From NCBI GenBank assembly GCA_013216135.1, contig JABSOS010000009.1, forward strand, positions 28,258 through 92,257: a stretch of 64,000 nucleotides of DNA, given 5' to 3'. The translations under genes were made by a program, and so were the position numbers. Numbering within the stretch: position 1 is the stretch's first letter; each line of letters begins with the position of its first letter. This stretch comes from Candidatus Caenarcanales bacterium (GTDB lineage: Bacteria; Cyanobacteriota; Vampirovibrionia; LMEP-6097). The notes under the pieces are model-generated. The model saw only the letters and a program-made list of their open reading frames with translations, made no database searches and was not told the DNA's origin. Shown one piece after another: positions 26,323 to 36,800 of this stretch.

Positions 26323-28589
26323 TTGACCGTAATTTCCTTAGAGTTTTTTTCAAAGTATTGATTATACTGCTTGGCAGTTTTATTTTCACGTCATTAATAA
26401 GTGTTAGATCTTGGTATAAACCTTTAATTCAGAATAAGCAGGTAAGTCCAGCGGATGTTGTTCTGAAAAAAGATGTTTCAGTTGTCGATAAAATTGCTAC
26501 AGATAAAGCAAGAGAAGAAGCTAAATTAAGCTCAGTATTTAATTTGAGTGATAAGGAAGTTCTTTCTGTAGATGATTCTGCCACTCAAAAAAGTTTTGAA
26601 GAATTAAAAAGATTTACTAAAGTGATTCAGTCAGAGATTTCTGAGCAGAAGACTTATGAAGTCCCAATCATAAATAAGATAGACACTGATCATCAATTAA
26701 CTATAGTTAGGTTAAGTGATGATAGTTTTAATCAATTAAAAGCTATGCTTGAAGCTAAAGCTGGTATTGAAGATGCTGACCCAAAGCTAGAAAATATTTA
26801 CTCTGAGCTTGCTAGTTTATCTACGTTTGAAAAGAATTTCTTTCTTAGTGAAGTGGAAAGATATCGAAAAGATTATAAAGAAGAAAAGAAAATTGATAAA
26901 TTGCTTGGTGAATCATTTTTTTCAGATTTTAAAAAGATTGAAAACAAAAAACTTTTTATTTCAAAGCTCTTCTCTATTCAAAGAAAATTACTAAAGATAG
27001 GTATTGTAAATGGTTTACCTAAATCAAAGATTGCAAAAAATATTGAATATTTATTTCCTGAGTTAGAGCCACAGGAATTAAATTTATCAAAGAAAATAAT
27101 TTTAAATACAGCTAACCCTAATATCGGGATTGATTGGCGTAAGGTTGAAGAAGTTGAAAACCAAGCTGTAGCTTCAGTTAAGGATGTAAAAGTGAATCTT
27201 CCAGAAGGCACGGTTCTTGCTAAGAAAGGAAAAAGAGTAACAGAAAGAGATTACTATTATATGAAAGACTTAGGACTTTTAAGACCAAGTACTGACTGGA
27301 AGCAGATTACTAAATATACTTATGTGGTTTACTGCACATTGCTTTTATTTACTTTATATGTAGTTTTTATAGAGAAAAAACGTTACTCAATTCTCAGGCT
27401 TCTAATGATTTTCACTGTAGTATTAGGTTCACAGGCTTTAGTCGCCTTAGTTTCATTATGGGGAATTAACAAGATTCCTCTTATTCCTTTAGCTCTAATG
27501 CCAATGCTTTTAACTTTGTTTTATTTACCGAGCATAGCTTTCTTTACGACATTCCTAGTGAGTTTCTTTTTGATATATAGCTTTGATCTCAATCTCTGGC
27601 AGGTTTTACCTATGTCTTGTGGTGCTATCTACTCTATCTTTTTAGTTCAAAGAGCTCACCAAAGAGAAGATTTAGCAAACGCAGGTACTAAGATTGCTAT
27701 CTGCCAGTCCTTAGTTTTCTTGTTTACTGTTTTAATCGCTGTTCGTAACTTTAATGTTAGTTCAGTTTTAGTTATCACTTCTTTCTATGCTCTAGGTGGG
27801 GTTCTATCTGGATTTATTTCTTTAGCTGTGCTTCCATATTTAGAAGCTACATTTAGATTATTAACTCCGTTTAAACTCTCTGAGCTGTCGAACCCTAATC
27901 AAGCTTTACTTAAGAAGCTTAAAGAAGAAGCTCCTGGAACTTACCAGCATTCACTTAATGTTTCGAGTCTAGCTGAAGAAGCTTCTAATGCAGTCGGAGC
28001 GAATACTGAACTAATCAGGGTTGGCTTGCTTTATCACGATATTGGTAAGACTTACAATCCTGATTACTTTATTGAAAATAACCTAGGTAAACCTAATCCA
28101 CATACTACTTTAGACGATCCACAAAAGTCAGCTGAGATTATTATTGCTCACGTACCTGAAGGAGCGAAGCTTGCTAAAAAGCATAAATTACCGCAGGCAA
28201 TTATAGATTTTATTCCAATGCATCAAGGTACAACTGTTACTAATTACTTTTACTATAAAGCGATTGAAAGATTTGGTAAATCGAATGTAGACCCTGAAGA
28301 TTTTAGGTATCCAGGTCCTATTCCTAATACAAAAGAAACAGGTATCGCTATGATTGCTGATAGTGCTGAAGCTGCACTAAAGAGTGAAAAAGATTTAGAT
28401 AATGAAGTTGCGGTTCGAGAAAAGATTGAGAAGATCGTTACAGCTAGGTTAAAGGAAGGTGAATTAAGTAACTCTGGTTTAAGTTTTGCTGAATTAGAAC
28501 TGATTAAGGATTCTTTTGTGAAAGTTTGGCGAAGTCAAAATCACCAAAGAATCAAATACCCTGAAGAGCCTAAGGAAAATGTTGAATAA
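26316..28589 (+). CDS. 7TM-receptor HD-domain phosphohydrolase (PgpH/YqfF-like)
   Basis: N-terminal TM segment plus a large extracytoplasmic domain, then a 7-TM block, then an HD domain (HSLNVS…LLYHDIGK…IADSAEA). Confidence 0.8.
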   Translation: MTFDRNFLRVFFKVLIILLGSFIFTSLISVRSWYKPLIQNKQVSPADVVLKKDVSVVDKIATDKAREEAKLSSVFNLSDKEVLSVDDSATQKSFEELKRFTKVIQSEISEQKTYEVPIINKIDTDHQLTIVRLSDDSFNQLKAMLEAKAGIEDADPKLENIYSELASLSTFEKNFFLSEVERYRKDYKEEKKIDKLLGESFFSDFKKIENKKLFISKLFSIQRKLLKIGIVNGLPKSKIAKNIEYLFPELEPQELNLSKKIILNTANPNIGIDWRKVEEVENQAVASVKDVKVNLPEGTVLAKKGKRVTERDYYYMKDLGLLRPSTDWKQITKYTYVVYCTLLLFTLYVVFIEKKRYSILRLLMIFTVVLGSQALVALVSLWGINKIPLIPLALMPMLLTLFYLPSIAFFTTFLVSFFLIYSFDLNLWQVLPMSCGAIYSIFLVQRAHQREDLANAGTKIAICQSLVFLFTVLIAVRNFNVSSVLVITSFYALGGVLSGFISLAVLPYLEATFRLLTPFKLSELSNPNQALLKKLKEEAPGTYQHSLNVSSLAEEASNAVGANTELIRVGLLYHDIGKTYNPDYFIENNLGKPNPHTTLDDPQKSAEIIIAHVPEGAKLAKKHKLPQAIIDFIPMHQGTTVTNYFYYKAIERFGKSNVDPEDFRYPGPIPNTKETGIAMIADSAEAALKSEKDLDNEVAVREKIEKIVTARLKEGELSNSGLSFAELELIKDSFVKVWRSQNHQRIKYPEEPKENVE

Positions 28590-28618
28590 AGGGTATAATT
28601 CAATAAGGGGTATTATGT

Positions 28619-29269
28619 ATGAGTGAAGCAGTATTTATTGATCAGTTTGAAGTTGGATCTATTAAGAACTTTAATTATTTTATAGGTAATAAGAAAACTA
28701 AAGAGCTTGTTGTAATAGATCCTGCTTGGGAAGTTGACTTTATTATAAAAAGAGCTGAAACTAATGGTTATAAGATTAAAGCTGTACTTTTAACTCACGC
28801 ACATCCTGACCATATTGAAGGATTAGCTAAATTATTAGAAACTCACTATGTTCCTGTTTATATTACAAGAGCTGAAGCAGAATTTTTCAATGTATCAGGT
28901 GATAATGTGGTCCTTATAGATTCTGAATTTACTTATGAATTAGGAGAGGTAAAGATTGATTTTATTCCTACTCCAGGACATACACCAGGCGGGCAATGCT
29001 TTCTAGCTCACGGACATTTAATTGCTGGTGACACTTTGTTTATTGATGGTTGTGGTAGATGTGATATGCATGGTGGTGATGTTGTAAAAATGTTTGATAG
29101 TATTCACAACCGTATAATGAAACTACCAGATTCTACAATTATTTACCCTGGTCACTATTATCATGAAAAACCCTCTGATACTCTTGGGAATCAGAAAAAA
29201 ACTAATCCATATATGCTTGCTGATACTTTAGAAAGTTTCACTGCTAGACGTATGCCCAAGTTGGTTTAA
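28619..29269 (+). CDS. MBL-fold metallo-hydrolase (glyoxalase II-like)
   Basis: THAHPDH motif, with later GHTPG and D…H ligand positions. 216 aa. Confidence 0.8.
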   Translation: MSEAVFIDQFEVGSIKNFNYFIGNKKTKELVVIDPAWEVDFIIKRAETNGYKIKAVLLTHAHPDHIEGLAKLLETHYVPVYITRAEAEFFNVSGDNVVLIDSEFTYELGEVKIDFIPTPGHTPGGQCFLAHGHLIAGDTLFIDGCGRCDMHGGDVVKMFDSIHNRIMKLPDSTIIYPGHYYHEKPSDTLGNQKKTNPYMLADTLESFTARRMPKLV

Positions 29270-31018
29270 TTCTTCTGACTTTTTGATTAAGGCTTGTTCT
29301 ATATTCCTTAGTTTTTGAAAATTGATAAAGTTTATTGTGTTATTTTTGATGGCATCTAAGCTAAAGTTTACTAGATACTTACCTCTTTCAGGGTCCAGGT
29401 CGAGCATTAAGTTTGTGAAATTATTAAGTTCTCCTACATATGGCTTTTCTGCTTTAGGTATGCTCATGTTGATTCTTAATTTTGTGATTAAACTTTTAGC
29501 CTTATCCAAAAATAAGAAATTGAAATAGTCTCTTTTTGATTCACTCATATTTTCTTTGTTCTCTTGGACTGCCTTATAAATTAGATTGAATTGTTTTATG
29601 TTGTCAATTTTATTTATTTTAGTTGCTAGGCTTAAGCTTGCTGATTCACTTATTGCATTATCCTTATATGAAAGAAAAGGGATAATGTCATTAACGTTTT
29701 GTGTAACTTTATAGTCCATGTTGTCAACCTCTTCATTCGCATGAATATCCAATAAATTTAAAACTATTGATTTAAAGTCTTGCAACTCTGATTTACTGTC
29801 TAGGTTTTCATTTTCTAATTCTTTGACAAATTCATGTGGTTTATTTGTAAGTAATTTTTTGAAACCATTTATAAAATATTCATTGTCATTTTTGAAGTAT
29901 GCAAGGGTTTCTAATGATTTTTGAAAGACTATAGATTTTATTTCAGGATCATTATACTTGTTTATAGATTCAATATAAGTTGGTATATTACTACTTCGAT
30001 TACTAGGAAAGGTCTTCATTAAACTAGGTTTGAAATTTATTGACTTAACGGCATTTGTTAAAAGCCTGTATTTAAAATTACTAGCTTCTTTGTAGCCTAA
30101 TAAATCGTTTAAAGCTAATCTATCAATAAATCTTACTTTTAGATCTACTGCAATATTTTCAGATAGGCTCAATTTCTCAAGTCTTTTAATATAATCGTTA
30201 AAAAGAAGATTTTTGGTTTTAGGGTCAATTAATTCTGAAATATTATTATTAAAAAAAAGTGTCTTTATTTTATGAGCACTATCTATTGCGTAATTTAATA
30301 TTCCTGTTTGTTTTTCATTTGAAATTGGTCCAATCTCAAAATCTTTGTATTTTAGATACATCTCAGTAGGCGCTTTTAAGGCATAAGTCGCATCAATAAT
30401 TTTTTGTCTTTTCTCTAATTCTGTGAATATACCTTCAGTTGTATTTGCTTGTTTTTCTAAATTTAGTTTTTTACTAATAGTTTCTGCTTGAGAGTTAATT
30501 GTTTCCAGGGTTTGATGTAACAGATAACTAGTTATCTCAGGATCTCTTGAAAAAGTTTCTCTAAATAAATTATTTATTCTTTTATACAAAGCGTCGTATT
30601 CATGAAGATTTCTTAATGGTCTACTTACTTTTGAGTATTCCTCATTTAAAAAGATTTGCGTGGGATTAGATTGTTTCTTTTCTATTTTATCAATGCCCCT
30701 TAAGAAGTCAGGTAGTAAGTCAACTAAATTTATCAAAGTTGAACGATACATAGTTCTCTCGTTAATATCTAGTTTTTGAAAACTAGATATTAACTTATCA
30801 AAGCTTTTAAAATCTGGCTTAGCTTCAAATTTAGCTATCTGACTAGTTAAATCTTCAGTCTTACTATAATTGCTTTGTCTACTTGATAATTCTGCAAAGC
30901 TGTTGGGCGTTGTGTTTCCACTATCATTTGTAGCTTGAAAAAGCCCACCATTTTTTAGTCTTCGTTGAAGATTTTTTCTAAAATCATCTGGATTAAAGTC
31001 ACTAGTACCATCTATCAT
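29228..31018 (-). CDS. large helical hypothetical protein (596 aa), paralogue of the upstream gene
   Basis: Its start ATG shares one nucleotide with the upstream TAA (TAATG). The N-terminus DFNPDDFRKNLQRRLKNGGLF and the block LYKRINNLF…LLHQTLE match the 920-aa neighbour. Confidence 0.6.
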   Translation of the reverse strand: MIDGTSDFNPDDFRKNLQRRLKNGGLFQATNDSGNTTPNSFAELSSRQSNYSKTEDLTSQIAKFEAKPDFKSFDKLISSFQKLDINERTMYRSTLINLVDLLPDFLRGIDKIEKKQSNPTQIFLNEEYSKVSRPLRNLHEYDALYKRINNLFRETFSRDPEITSYLLHQTLETINSQAETISKKLNLEKQANTTEGIFTELEKRQKIIDATYALKAPTEMYLKYKDFEIGPISNEKQTGILNYAIDSAHKIKTLFFNNNISELIDPKTKNLLFNDYIKRLEKLSLSENIAVDLKVRFIDRLALNDLLGYKEASNFKYRLLTNAVKSINFKPSLMKTFPSNRSSNIPTYIESINKYNDPEIKSIVFQKSLETLAYFKNDNEYFINGFKKLLTNKPHEFVKELENENLDSKSELQDFKSIVLNLLDIHANEEVDNMDYKVTQNVNDIIPFLSYKDNAISESASLSLATKINKIDNIKQFNLIYKAVQENKENMSESKRDYFNFLFLDKAKSLITKLRINMSIPKAEKPYVGELNNFTNLMLDLDPERGKYLVNFSLDAIKNNTINFINFQKLRNIEQALIKKSEELNQLGHTSSSETF

Positions 31019-33780
31019 TACTGTCTTTCCGCTTGATATGCTTTGATGAGTTTTTTTATTTTTGACTGGATAGGTTCTTTCTCTTGTTCCTGATGAATAG
31101 TGTTTTCCAAATGATTATCTACCATATTTGCTAGGGAAAAACTTTCATCTTTAAAGTTGGTATATAAATTTTCCGTTAACTTATCTAATTCTTTTAGCCT
31201 TAATCTAGCGCTTAGATTTTCAGGGGGATGCTGGAGCTTAAGATTTATAGAGTCTAGAAGTGAATTTACTTTTTCATTAATACCTGTACTCAGAAAATAA
31301 GCTGAGTCTTTTTGTGACTCATTTTTAGATTCTAGAAGTTTATTGTAGCTTTCAAGAAATTTATTTAAAATGTTTAATTGATTAATATCAAGTTCATTAA
31401 AATTATCAATAAATCTAATTTCTGCTTTTTGTCTTAGCTCTGTTTTATCAAGCTTAAATATACTTTCAAGAATTTCTAATTCGTGGCTTGTTTCACTTAG
31501 ATCTAATTTACTCATATCTATAAATGAATCAAGATATTTTATTGTAAGATCCTTTAAATTCAAGGAATCTTTGCTCACTTCAGTCACTTTTTTTATAATT
31601 GTTTTAAAAAATTCTTGCCAAGTTTTATTAGTCCCACTAATATGTAAAGTGTTTTTATTAAACGCATTAATAATGCTGTCTTCAGTAGAAGGATTTATGT
31701 AATTACTAAGAGTTCCAGTTTGATTTAAGATATAGCTTTCAGATTTATTGTCAATCTGCTCAGCTGCAATAGATATAGATTCTATGATTTTTGAGTTGAA
31801 ATTAGATATAAGTTTTTTTCTTTCTTTTACTGGTAATATCTGGTTTTCTTGCAAGCTTATATCTATTTGGGTAAGTAGTGCATTCTTATTATTCAAACCT
31901 GCTTCCTTTTGTGAAAATACAAAAGCTAAATGTTGTAAATAGTTATCGAAAAACTCTTGAAAGTTTGCTTGGTAATCTTTACTAATATGATCTTTTATTA
32001 CTGAACTTAATTTAAATATATTTGCCTTTTCATTCTCTAATATTTGATTAGCTGTTTTCTCATAAGTTTTAGATAAATCTTCCATTTGATATATTTGATT
32101 CAAAAGCTTGAGTGATTTTAAAATTCTGATATCTTTTTTTCTTTTATCTAAAGCAGCCTCGTCTTTGCTCTTATAGACTTTATCTCCGTCCTTTAAAAAT
32201 TTATCTAATGAATCAATAATAATTTTTGAAAGTTCATTTAAAATCAGACTCTGTTTAGGCTTTGAATTACTTATTAATTGCTTAACTCTATAGTCAAAGA
32301 GTTCATAGTCTTTTTCTTTTAAGATGGGTAATAAAATATTTTCTTTTTCTGAAGTAATAAAACTTCTTTCTCTTTCATAATTAAAAGATTCTTGATTAGA
32401 TTCTATTTTCTCGATTTCGTTTCTGGCACGTGCATTAATGATTTTGAAATTATTATTTTTTTCATCAAATTTGGGAAAATCATTAATGTATTTTATTAGT
32501 TCTTCTCTTTTTTCAAGTTTCTCTTTTTCCGGTAATTGAAAATAGCTTTTTAATAAAGTGTGAGCATTTATAAAGCTTGGGTCTTTTTTGTGTTTAGTGC
32601 TTGCTGAATTGAAATTATCGATTTCTGATTTGTCTTTATCTATCTTTAACAGCTCATTTTGAAGATCTTGTGAAAAACCTATGAAATCTCCAAAGTGTGG
32701 ATTTGATTCAACTAATGAACTAAACATTTTTTCTTCAAGCTTTTTTATAAAATCTGCATCTTCCTTGAAAACTTTAGTCTGGCTTAGTTCTTTTACAAAC
32801 CTATGCTTTTCTTCAAGGGATATATCTGGGTTATTAAAAATATCAAGAAGAAACTCTTTATATTTTTGAATTACTGATTTAAATTCTTGATATTTGTGAT
32901 GAAGAGAGTTCTTAGGATCTTTAAAGTTTTCAAAGATTTTATCAATTTCAGATACTACTTTGATTTCTTGATCAATGACATATTTTTCTTCTTCCTGGGT
33001 TTTAGGTTTAAGTGGAGATTTAATTGATTCTAGGAAGAATTTATTCCTTAATGTGATGAATTTGTCTTTTATATTTTGAACTTCTTCCTTACTCCTGTGT
33101 GAAAAAGACCATATGCTATTAAGATAGTTATGCGTTTTCTCTAGAACTTGATGTTTAATAAAGGCATTAAGACTACTTGATTGATTCTGATTTCTTGTTA
33201 GTAACGAGTTTATTCGTTCGTATAGTTTTTCCTGTCTGAGAGTACTGCCATTACTTAATTTCTTGAATACAATTTCTTCTTCGTCTTTTAGATATTCTTG
33301 AAGCTTTTTATAATCAGGGTTAGTTATAGCTTCAGAGAGACTATCGTGATTATTAATTGCATCAAGTATTTGATTAAGATGAACAGTTTGCTTTGAGATG
33401 TTTAATGATGGGGTTATTTCATCGAAAACACGCATTAAAGCTTTGATGCTTTTATGATCTTGGTAAATTTTTACATTCATTAGTGCATTTGGGTATGTTA
33501 ATTGTTTTGAAATGACGGGATTGTTTTCCTCTTCTAATGCCTGTGCAGCATTTAGGCTTGCCCCCAAATATGGATTAAATAGATGATACCTACCATAGCT
33601 AATAAGCGCTATGTTTTCACCTCTTTTAATCTCAGATAAATCTGAATGTTTTTTCTGCTCCGCTTTTGTTTTCCTATCAGCTTTTCGCTCTAAACTATTT
33701 TGAGTGGTTCCCGTAAATAGAAAGTTTTTATTTTTGATAAGCTTTTGCCGAGCACTATCGGGATCAAAATTTGGTAACAA
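31018..33780 (-). CDS. large helical hypothetical protein (920 aa)
   Basis: TTG start. The N-terminus is NFDPDSARQKLIKNKNFLF, and the block LYERINSLL…IKHQVLE is shared with the 596-aa protein. Lys/Glu/Asn-rich with no TM or signal peptide. Confidence 0.6.
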   Translation of the reverse strand: MLPNFDPDSARQKLIKNKNFLFTGTTQNSLERKADRKTKAEQKKHSDLSEIKRGENIALISYGRYHLFNPYLGASLNAAQALEEENNPVISKQLTYPNALMNVKIYQDHKSIKALMRVFDEITPSLNISKQTVHLNQILDAINNHDSLSEAITNPDYKKLQEYLKDEEEIVFKKLSNGSTLRQEKLYERINSLLTRNQNQSSSLNAFIKHQVLEKTHNYLNSIWSFSHRSKEEVQNIKDKFITLRNKFFLESIKSPLKPKTQEEEKYVIDQEIKVVSEIDKIFENFKDPKNSLHHKYQEFKSVIQKYKEFLLDIFNNPDISLEEKHRFVKELSQTKVFKEDADFIKKLEEKMFSSLVESNPHFGDFIGFSQDLQNELLKIDKDKSEIDNFNSASTKHKKDPSFINAHTLLKSYFQLPEKEKLEKREELIKYINDFPKFDEKNNNFKIINARARNEIEKIESNQESFNYERERSFITSEKENILLPILKEKDYELFDYRVKQLISNSKPKQSLILNELSKIIIDSLDKFLKDGDKVYKSKDEAALDKRKKDIRILKSLKLLNQIYQMEDLSKTYEKTANQILENEKANIFKLSSVIKDHISKDYQANFQEFFDNYLQHLAFVFSQKEAGLNNKNALLTQIDISLQENQILPVKERKKLISNFNSKIIESISIAAEQIDNKSESYILNQTGTLSNYINPSTEDSIINAFNKNTLHISGTNKTWQEFFKTIIKKVTEVSKDSLNLKDLTIKYLDSFIDMSKLDLSETSHELEILESIFKLDKTELRQKAEIRFIDNFNELDINQLNILNKFLESYNKLLESKNESQKDSAYFLSTGINEKVNSLLDSINLKLQHPPENLSARLRLKELDKLTENLYTNFKDESFSLANMVDNHLENTIHQEQEKEPIQSKIKKLIKAYQAERQ

Positions 33781-33954
33781 ATCTTAGCTCATAAATATTC
33801 TTTAATCCTTCTTAGGGACCATGTTAACAGAAACTAAAATTTTCGTGAATCTTTATTTTTTAAAATTAGCGTAATTTTATTTCCAGAAAATTATTAGCTT
33901 TTGAGGCTTATCTTCTTCAACTTTATACAATCGAAAAATGCTAAGCTATTCTTT

Positions 33955-34863
33955 ATGCTTTGTGAAGAAATTGACACTTTAACCTATCTTGAAGCTGAAT
34001 CTATCAATATCTTAAGAGAACTTGTAGCAGAATGTGAAAAGCCTGTTCTTCTTTTTAGTGCTGGAAAAGATTCCATCGTAGTTTTACACCTTGCTTTAAA
34101 AGCTTTTGCACCAGCAAAGTTACCTTTCCCTTTAATGCATGTTGATACTGGACATAACTTCCCAGAGACTATTGAGTTTAGAGATAGAAAGTTAGCTGAA
34201 ATTGATGAGAAGCTGATTATTGCTTCAGTTCAGAAGTCTATCGATGATGGAAGAGTTGATGAGCAGTCAGGTCCTTACGCTAGTCGTAATAGACTTCAGT
34301 CAGTAACTTTACTTGATGCGATTAAAGAACATGGTTTTGATGTTGCTATTGGTGGTGCTCGCCGTGATGAAGAACGTGCTAGAGCAAAAGAAAGAATTTT
34401 TAGTCACAGAGACGCTTTTGGGCAGTGGGACCCTAAGAACCAAAGACCTGAATTATGGTCTCTATATAATGGTCGTCACCGTCAAGGAGAACATTTTAGA
34501 GTATTTCCTTTAAGTAACTGGACTGAAATGGATATCTGGCAGTATATTTTAAGAGAAAATATTGAAATTCCTGAATTATATTTTGCTAAAAAGCGTAAAG
34601 TTTTTGATCGTAATGGCATGTTATTAACTCCATCTTCATTTATCGAAAACTTACCTGGTGAAGAGATTTTTGAAGCGTCTGTTCGTTATAGAACTATAGG
34701 TGATGCTACTTGTACAGCTGCTATTCCTTCTGAAGCTGATACTTTAGAAAAAGTTATCGAAGAAATCATCGCTACTAGAACCTCAGAAAGAGGTCAAAGC
34801 CGTGCTGATGATAAGACTAGTGAAGCTGCGATGGAAGATCGCAAACGAGAAGGATATTTTTAA
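33955..34863 (+). CDS. cysD: sulfate adenylyltransferase subunit 2
   Basis: LEAESINILRE, the PP-loop FSAGKDS and C-terminal KREGYF. The start is moved to the ATG at 33955 to match the usual CysD N-terminus. Confidence 0.9.
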   Translation: MLCEEIDTLTYLEAESINILRELVAECEKPVLLFSAGKDSIVVLHLALKAFAPAKLPFPLMHVDTGHNFPETIEFRDRKLAEIDEKLIIASVQKSIDDGRVDEQSGPYASRNRLQSVTLLDAIKEHGFDVAIGGARRDEERARAKERIFSHRDAFGQWDPKNQRPELWSLYNGRHRQGEHFRVFPLSNWTEMDIWQYILRENIEIPELYFAKKRKVFDRNGMLLTPSSFIENLPGEEIFEASVRYRTIGDATCTAAIPSEADTLEKVIEEIIATRTSERGQSRADDKTSEAAMEDRKREGYF

Positions 34864-36167
34864 TGACAATCATGAACCAAGTTAAAACTGATAATAGTAG
34901 TTCTACACTTGCTAGTAACTCAACTGTACTTAGAATTGTTACTGCAGGAAGTGTTGATAATGGTAAATCAACATTAATCGGAAGACTTTTATATGATTCT
35001 AAGAAAATCCTTCAAGATCAACTTGAAAATATTGAAGCAGCTAAAGAGCGTTATGGTAATGAAACTATAAATTTAGCTTTCTTAACTGATGGTCTTCGTG
35101 CTGAAAGAGAACAAGGGATTACTATAGATGTAGCTTACAGATATTTTACATCTGATAAAAGAAAATATATTTTAGCTGACTGTCCTGGGCATATTCAGTA
35201 TACGAAGAACATGGTAACTGGTGCTAGTACTGCTGATGCTGCGATTATTCTTATCGATGCTAAAGCTGGATTTATTGAGCAGAGTAGAAGACACACTTAT
35301 CTATCCATGCTTTTAGGTGTTTCTCATGTGATTTTTGCTATCAATAAAATGGATTTAATGGATTACTCTAAGGATACTTATGAGGCTATTCGTTCTGAGA
35401 TAGTTGATTGGTTACCGAAAGAATCTAACTCTGATTACCACTTTATTCCTATCTCTGCATTAGAGGGAGATAACATCGTTAAGAAGCTTGATAATATGCC
35501 TTGGTATGAAGGTGAAGCTTTAATTGATTTCTTAGACAACTTACAAGTTAATCCTAAAAATGTTTTTGATCACTTTAGATTCCCTGTTCAATGGGTTGTT
35601 AGACCTCAATCGAATGAATTCCATGATTTCCGTGGCTATGCTGGTACTGTAGCTAGCGGACATGTGTCTGTTGGTGATGAAGTTACAGTTTTACCTTCTG
35701 GTTTATCTACTAAAGTTAAATCTATTCAAATCGGTGGGAAAGATGTCGAGAAGGTTAGCCCTGGATTATCACCTACTATCTTACTTGAGGATGACTTAGA
35801 TATTTCTAGAGGTTCATTAATCTGTGCTAAAGCTAAACCTGCTCTTTCTGATAACAGAATTAATGCTGTTGTTACTTGGTTAAATGCTAAGCCAGCTCAG
35901 ACTGGTAAGCGCTACTGGTTAAAGCATAGTACTCGTTGGGTTAAAGTTATTATTGAAGACCTCAATAATGAGTTAAATCTGCATAGCTTAAATTTTGAAG
36001 AAAGCTCTTCTTCAAGTTTAGAGTTAAATGGAATCGCCAAAGTGAGTCTTAACTGTAGTGAAGAGATTTACTATGATTTATATGAAGATAACAGAACTAC
36101 AGGTTCATTTATTATCGTAGATGAGAATAACTTTGAAACTGTTGGTGCTGGGATGATTACTGCGTAG
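34863..36167 (+). CDS. cysN: sulfate adenylyltransferase subunit 1 (GTPase), without a fused APS kinase
   Basis: G1 GSVDNGKST, G3 DCPGH and G4 NKMD. 434 aa. TAATG overlap with cysD. Confidence 0.9.
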   Translation: MTIMNQVKTDNSSSTLASNSTVLRIVTAGSVDNGKSTLIGRLLYDSKKILQDQLENIEAAKERYGNETINLAFLTDGLRAEREQGITIDVAYRYFTSDKRKYILADCPGHIQYTKNMVTGASTADAAIILIDAKAGFIEQSRRHTYLSMLLGVSHVIFAINKMDLMDYSKDTYEAIRSEIVDWLPKESNSDYHFIPISALEGDNIVKKLDNMPWYEGEALIDFLDNLQVNPKNVFDHFRFPVQWVVRPQSNEFHDFRGYAGTVASGHVSVGDEVTVLPSGLSTKVKSIQIGGKDVEKVSPGLSPTILLEDDLDISRGSLICAKAKPALSDNRINAVVTWLNAKPAQTGKRYWLKHSTRWVKVIIEDLNNELNLHSLNFEESSSSSLELNGIAKVSLNCSEEIYYDLYEDNRTTGSFIIVDENNFETVGAGMITA

Positions 36168-36173
36168 TAATTT

Positions 36174-36569
36174 TTACAGTGAATTTAAGTATTCATTATA
36201 TTTGTCTATTTTCTTTTGAAAACTTGATGCAATAATTGGTGAATTTTCCTTATCCTTCTCGTTTTTTGCGATTAAATCATTTAAGTGCTTAGTTAAATTA
36301 TCTTTTAATAACTTATACTGTTCTTTCTGTGTTGAATAGGAGTATTTGTTAGATATAACTTTGTTACATAAATCATCTAGTAATTGACCAAAGTCTAATT
36401 TTTTCATTATTGGCAGGTTGTCCTCGTCGATATCCACTAAGGCATTATTAATTGAGCTTAATGAAATACTTTCTCCATTTATAAATTTTTTGATTTCATC
36501 AAAAGCACTTTCTGATTTTATCGGATCTCTTTCTTGCTTCTCTACTCTAGTTAATTTACGCTTAGGCAA
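36174..36569 (-). CDS. hypothetical protein; the open frame continues 77 codons upstream to the stop of the preceding gene
   Basis: TTG is the first canonical start. 36570-36800 is stop-free and in the same frame as both this ORF and 36801..38918. Confidence 0.4.
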   Translation of the reverse strand: MPKRKLTRVEKQERDPIKSESAFDEIKKFINGESISLSSINNALVDIDEDNLPIMKKLDFGQLLDDLCNKVISNKYSYSTQKEQYKLLKDNLTKHLNDLIAKNEKDKENSPIIASSFQKKIDKYNEYLNSL

Positions 36570-36800
36570 GTCAACTTTAGGTAGTTTTGTTTCTTCAATC
36601 TTCTTCTCCTTTTTCTTTTGTGAAGAAGACTCTTCTTTGCTTTCATCTATAAGTTTTTGAATAATTGGCTTTTCACTTAGTGGTAAACGTACCCACCTTT
36701 TATGGATCTCTTTACCTGTAGAGTTTCTAATAGGTTTATCAGAGTTTATAGGAACTCGTATTTTAGGGAAGCGTTGATTAATTTGTGAATAGTAACCTAT

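Noticed and set aside
30935-31000. Resemblance of the DFNPDDFRKNLQRRLKNGG N-terminus to the PDLDDIFRKLSKKLGG segment of E. coli HflK, and to GFDPDDFLNKNK in the SPFH protein at 21187..22092.
   Set aside because: The similarity is short and compositionally biased. The large helical proteins have no TM segment or SPFH domain. I treat it as a coincidence unless a proteome-wide motif search shows otherwise.
33821-33830. The 10-mer CTTAGGGACC, identical to part of the conserved hairpin core, upstream of the 920-aa gene.
   Set aside because: It has no flanking inverted repeat and no GGGGCGCA partner. A single 10-nt match in 64 kb (both strands) is within chance expectation. It is noted only as a possible remnant.
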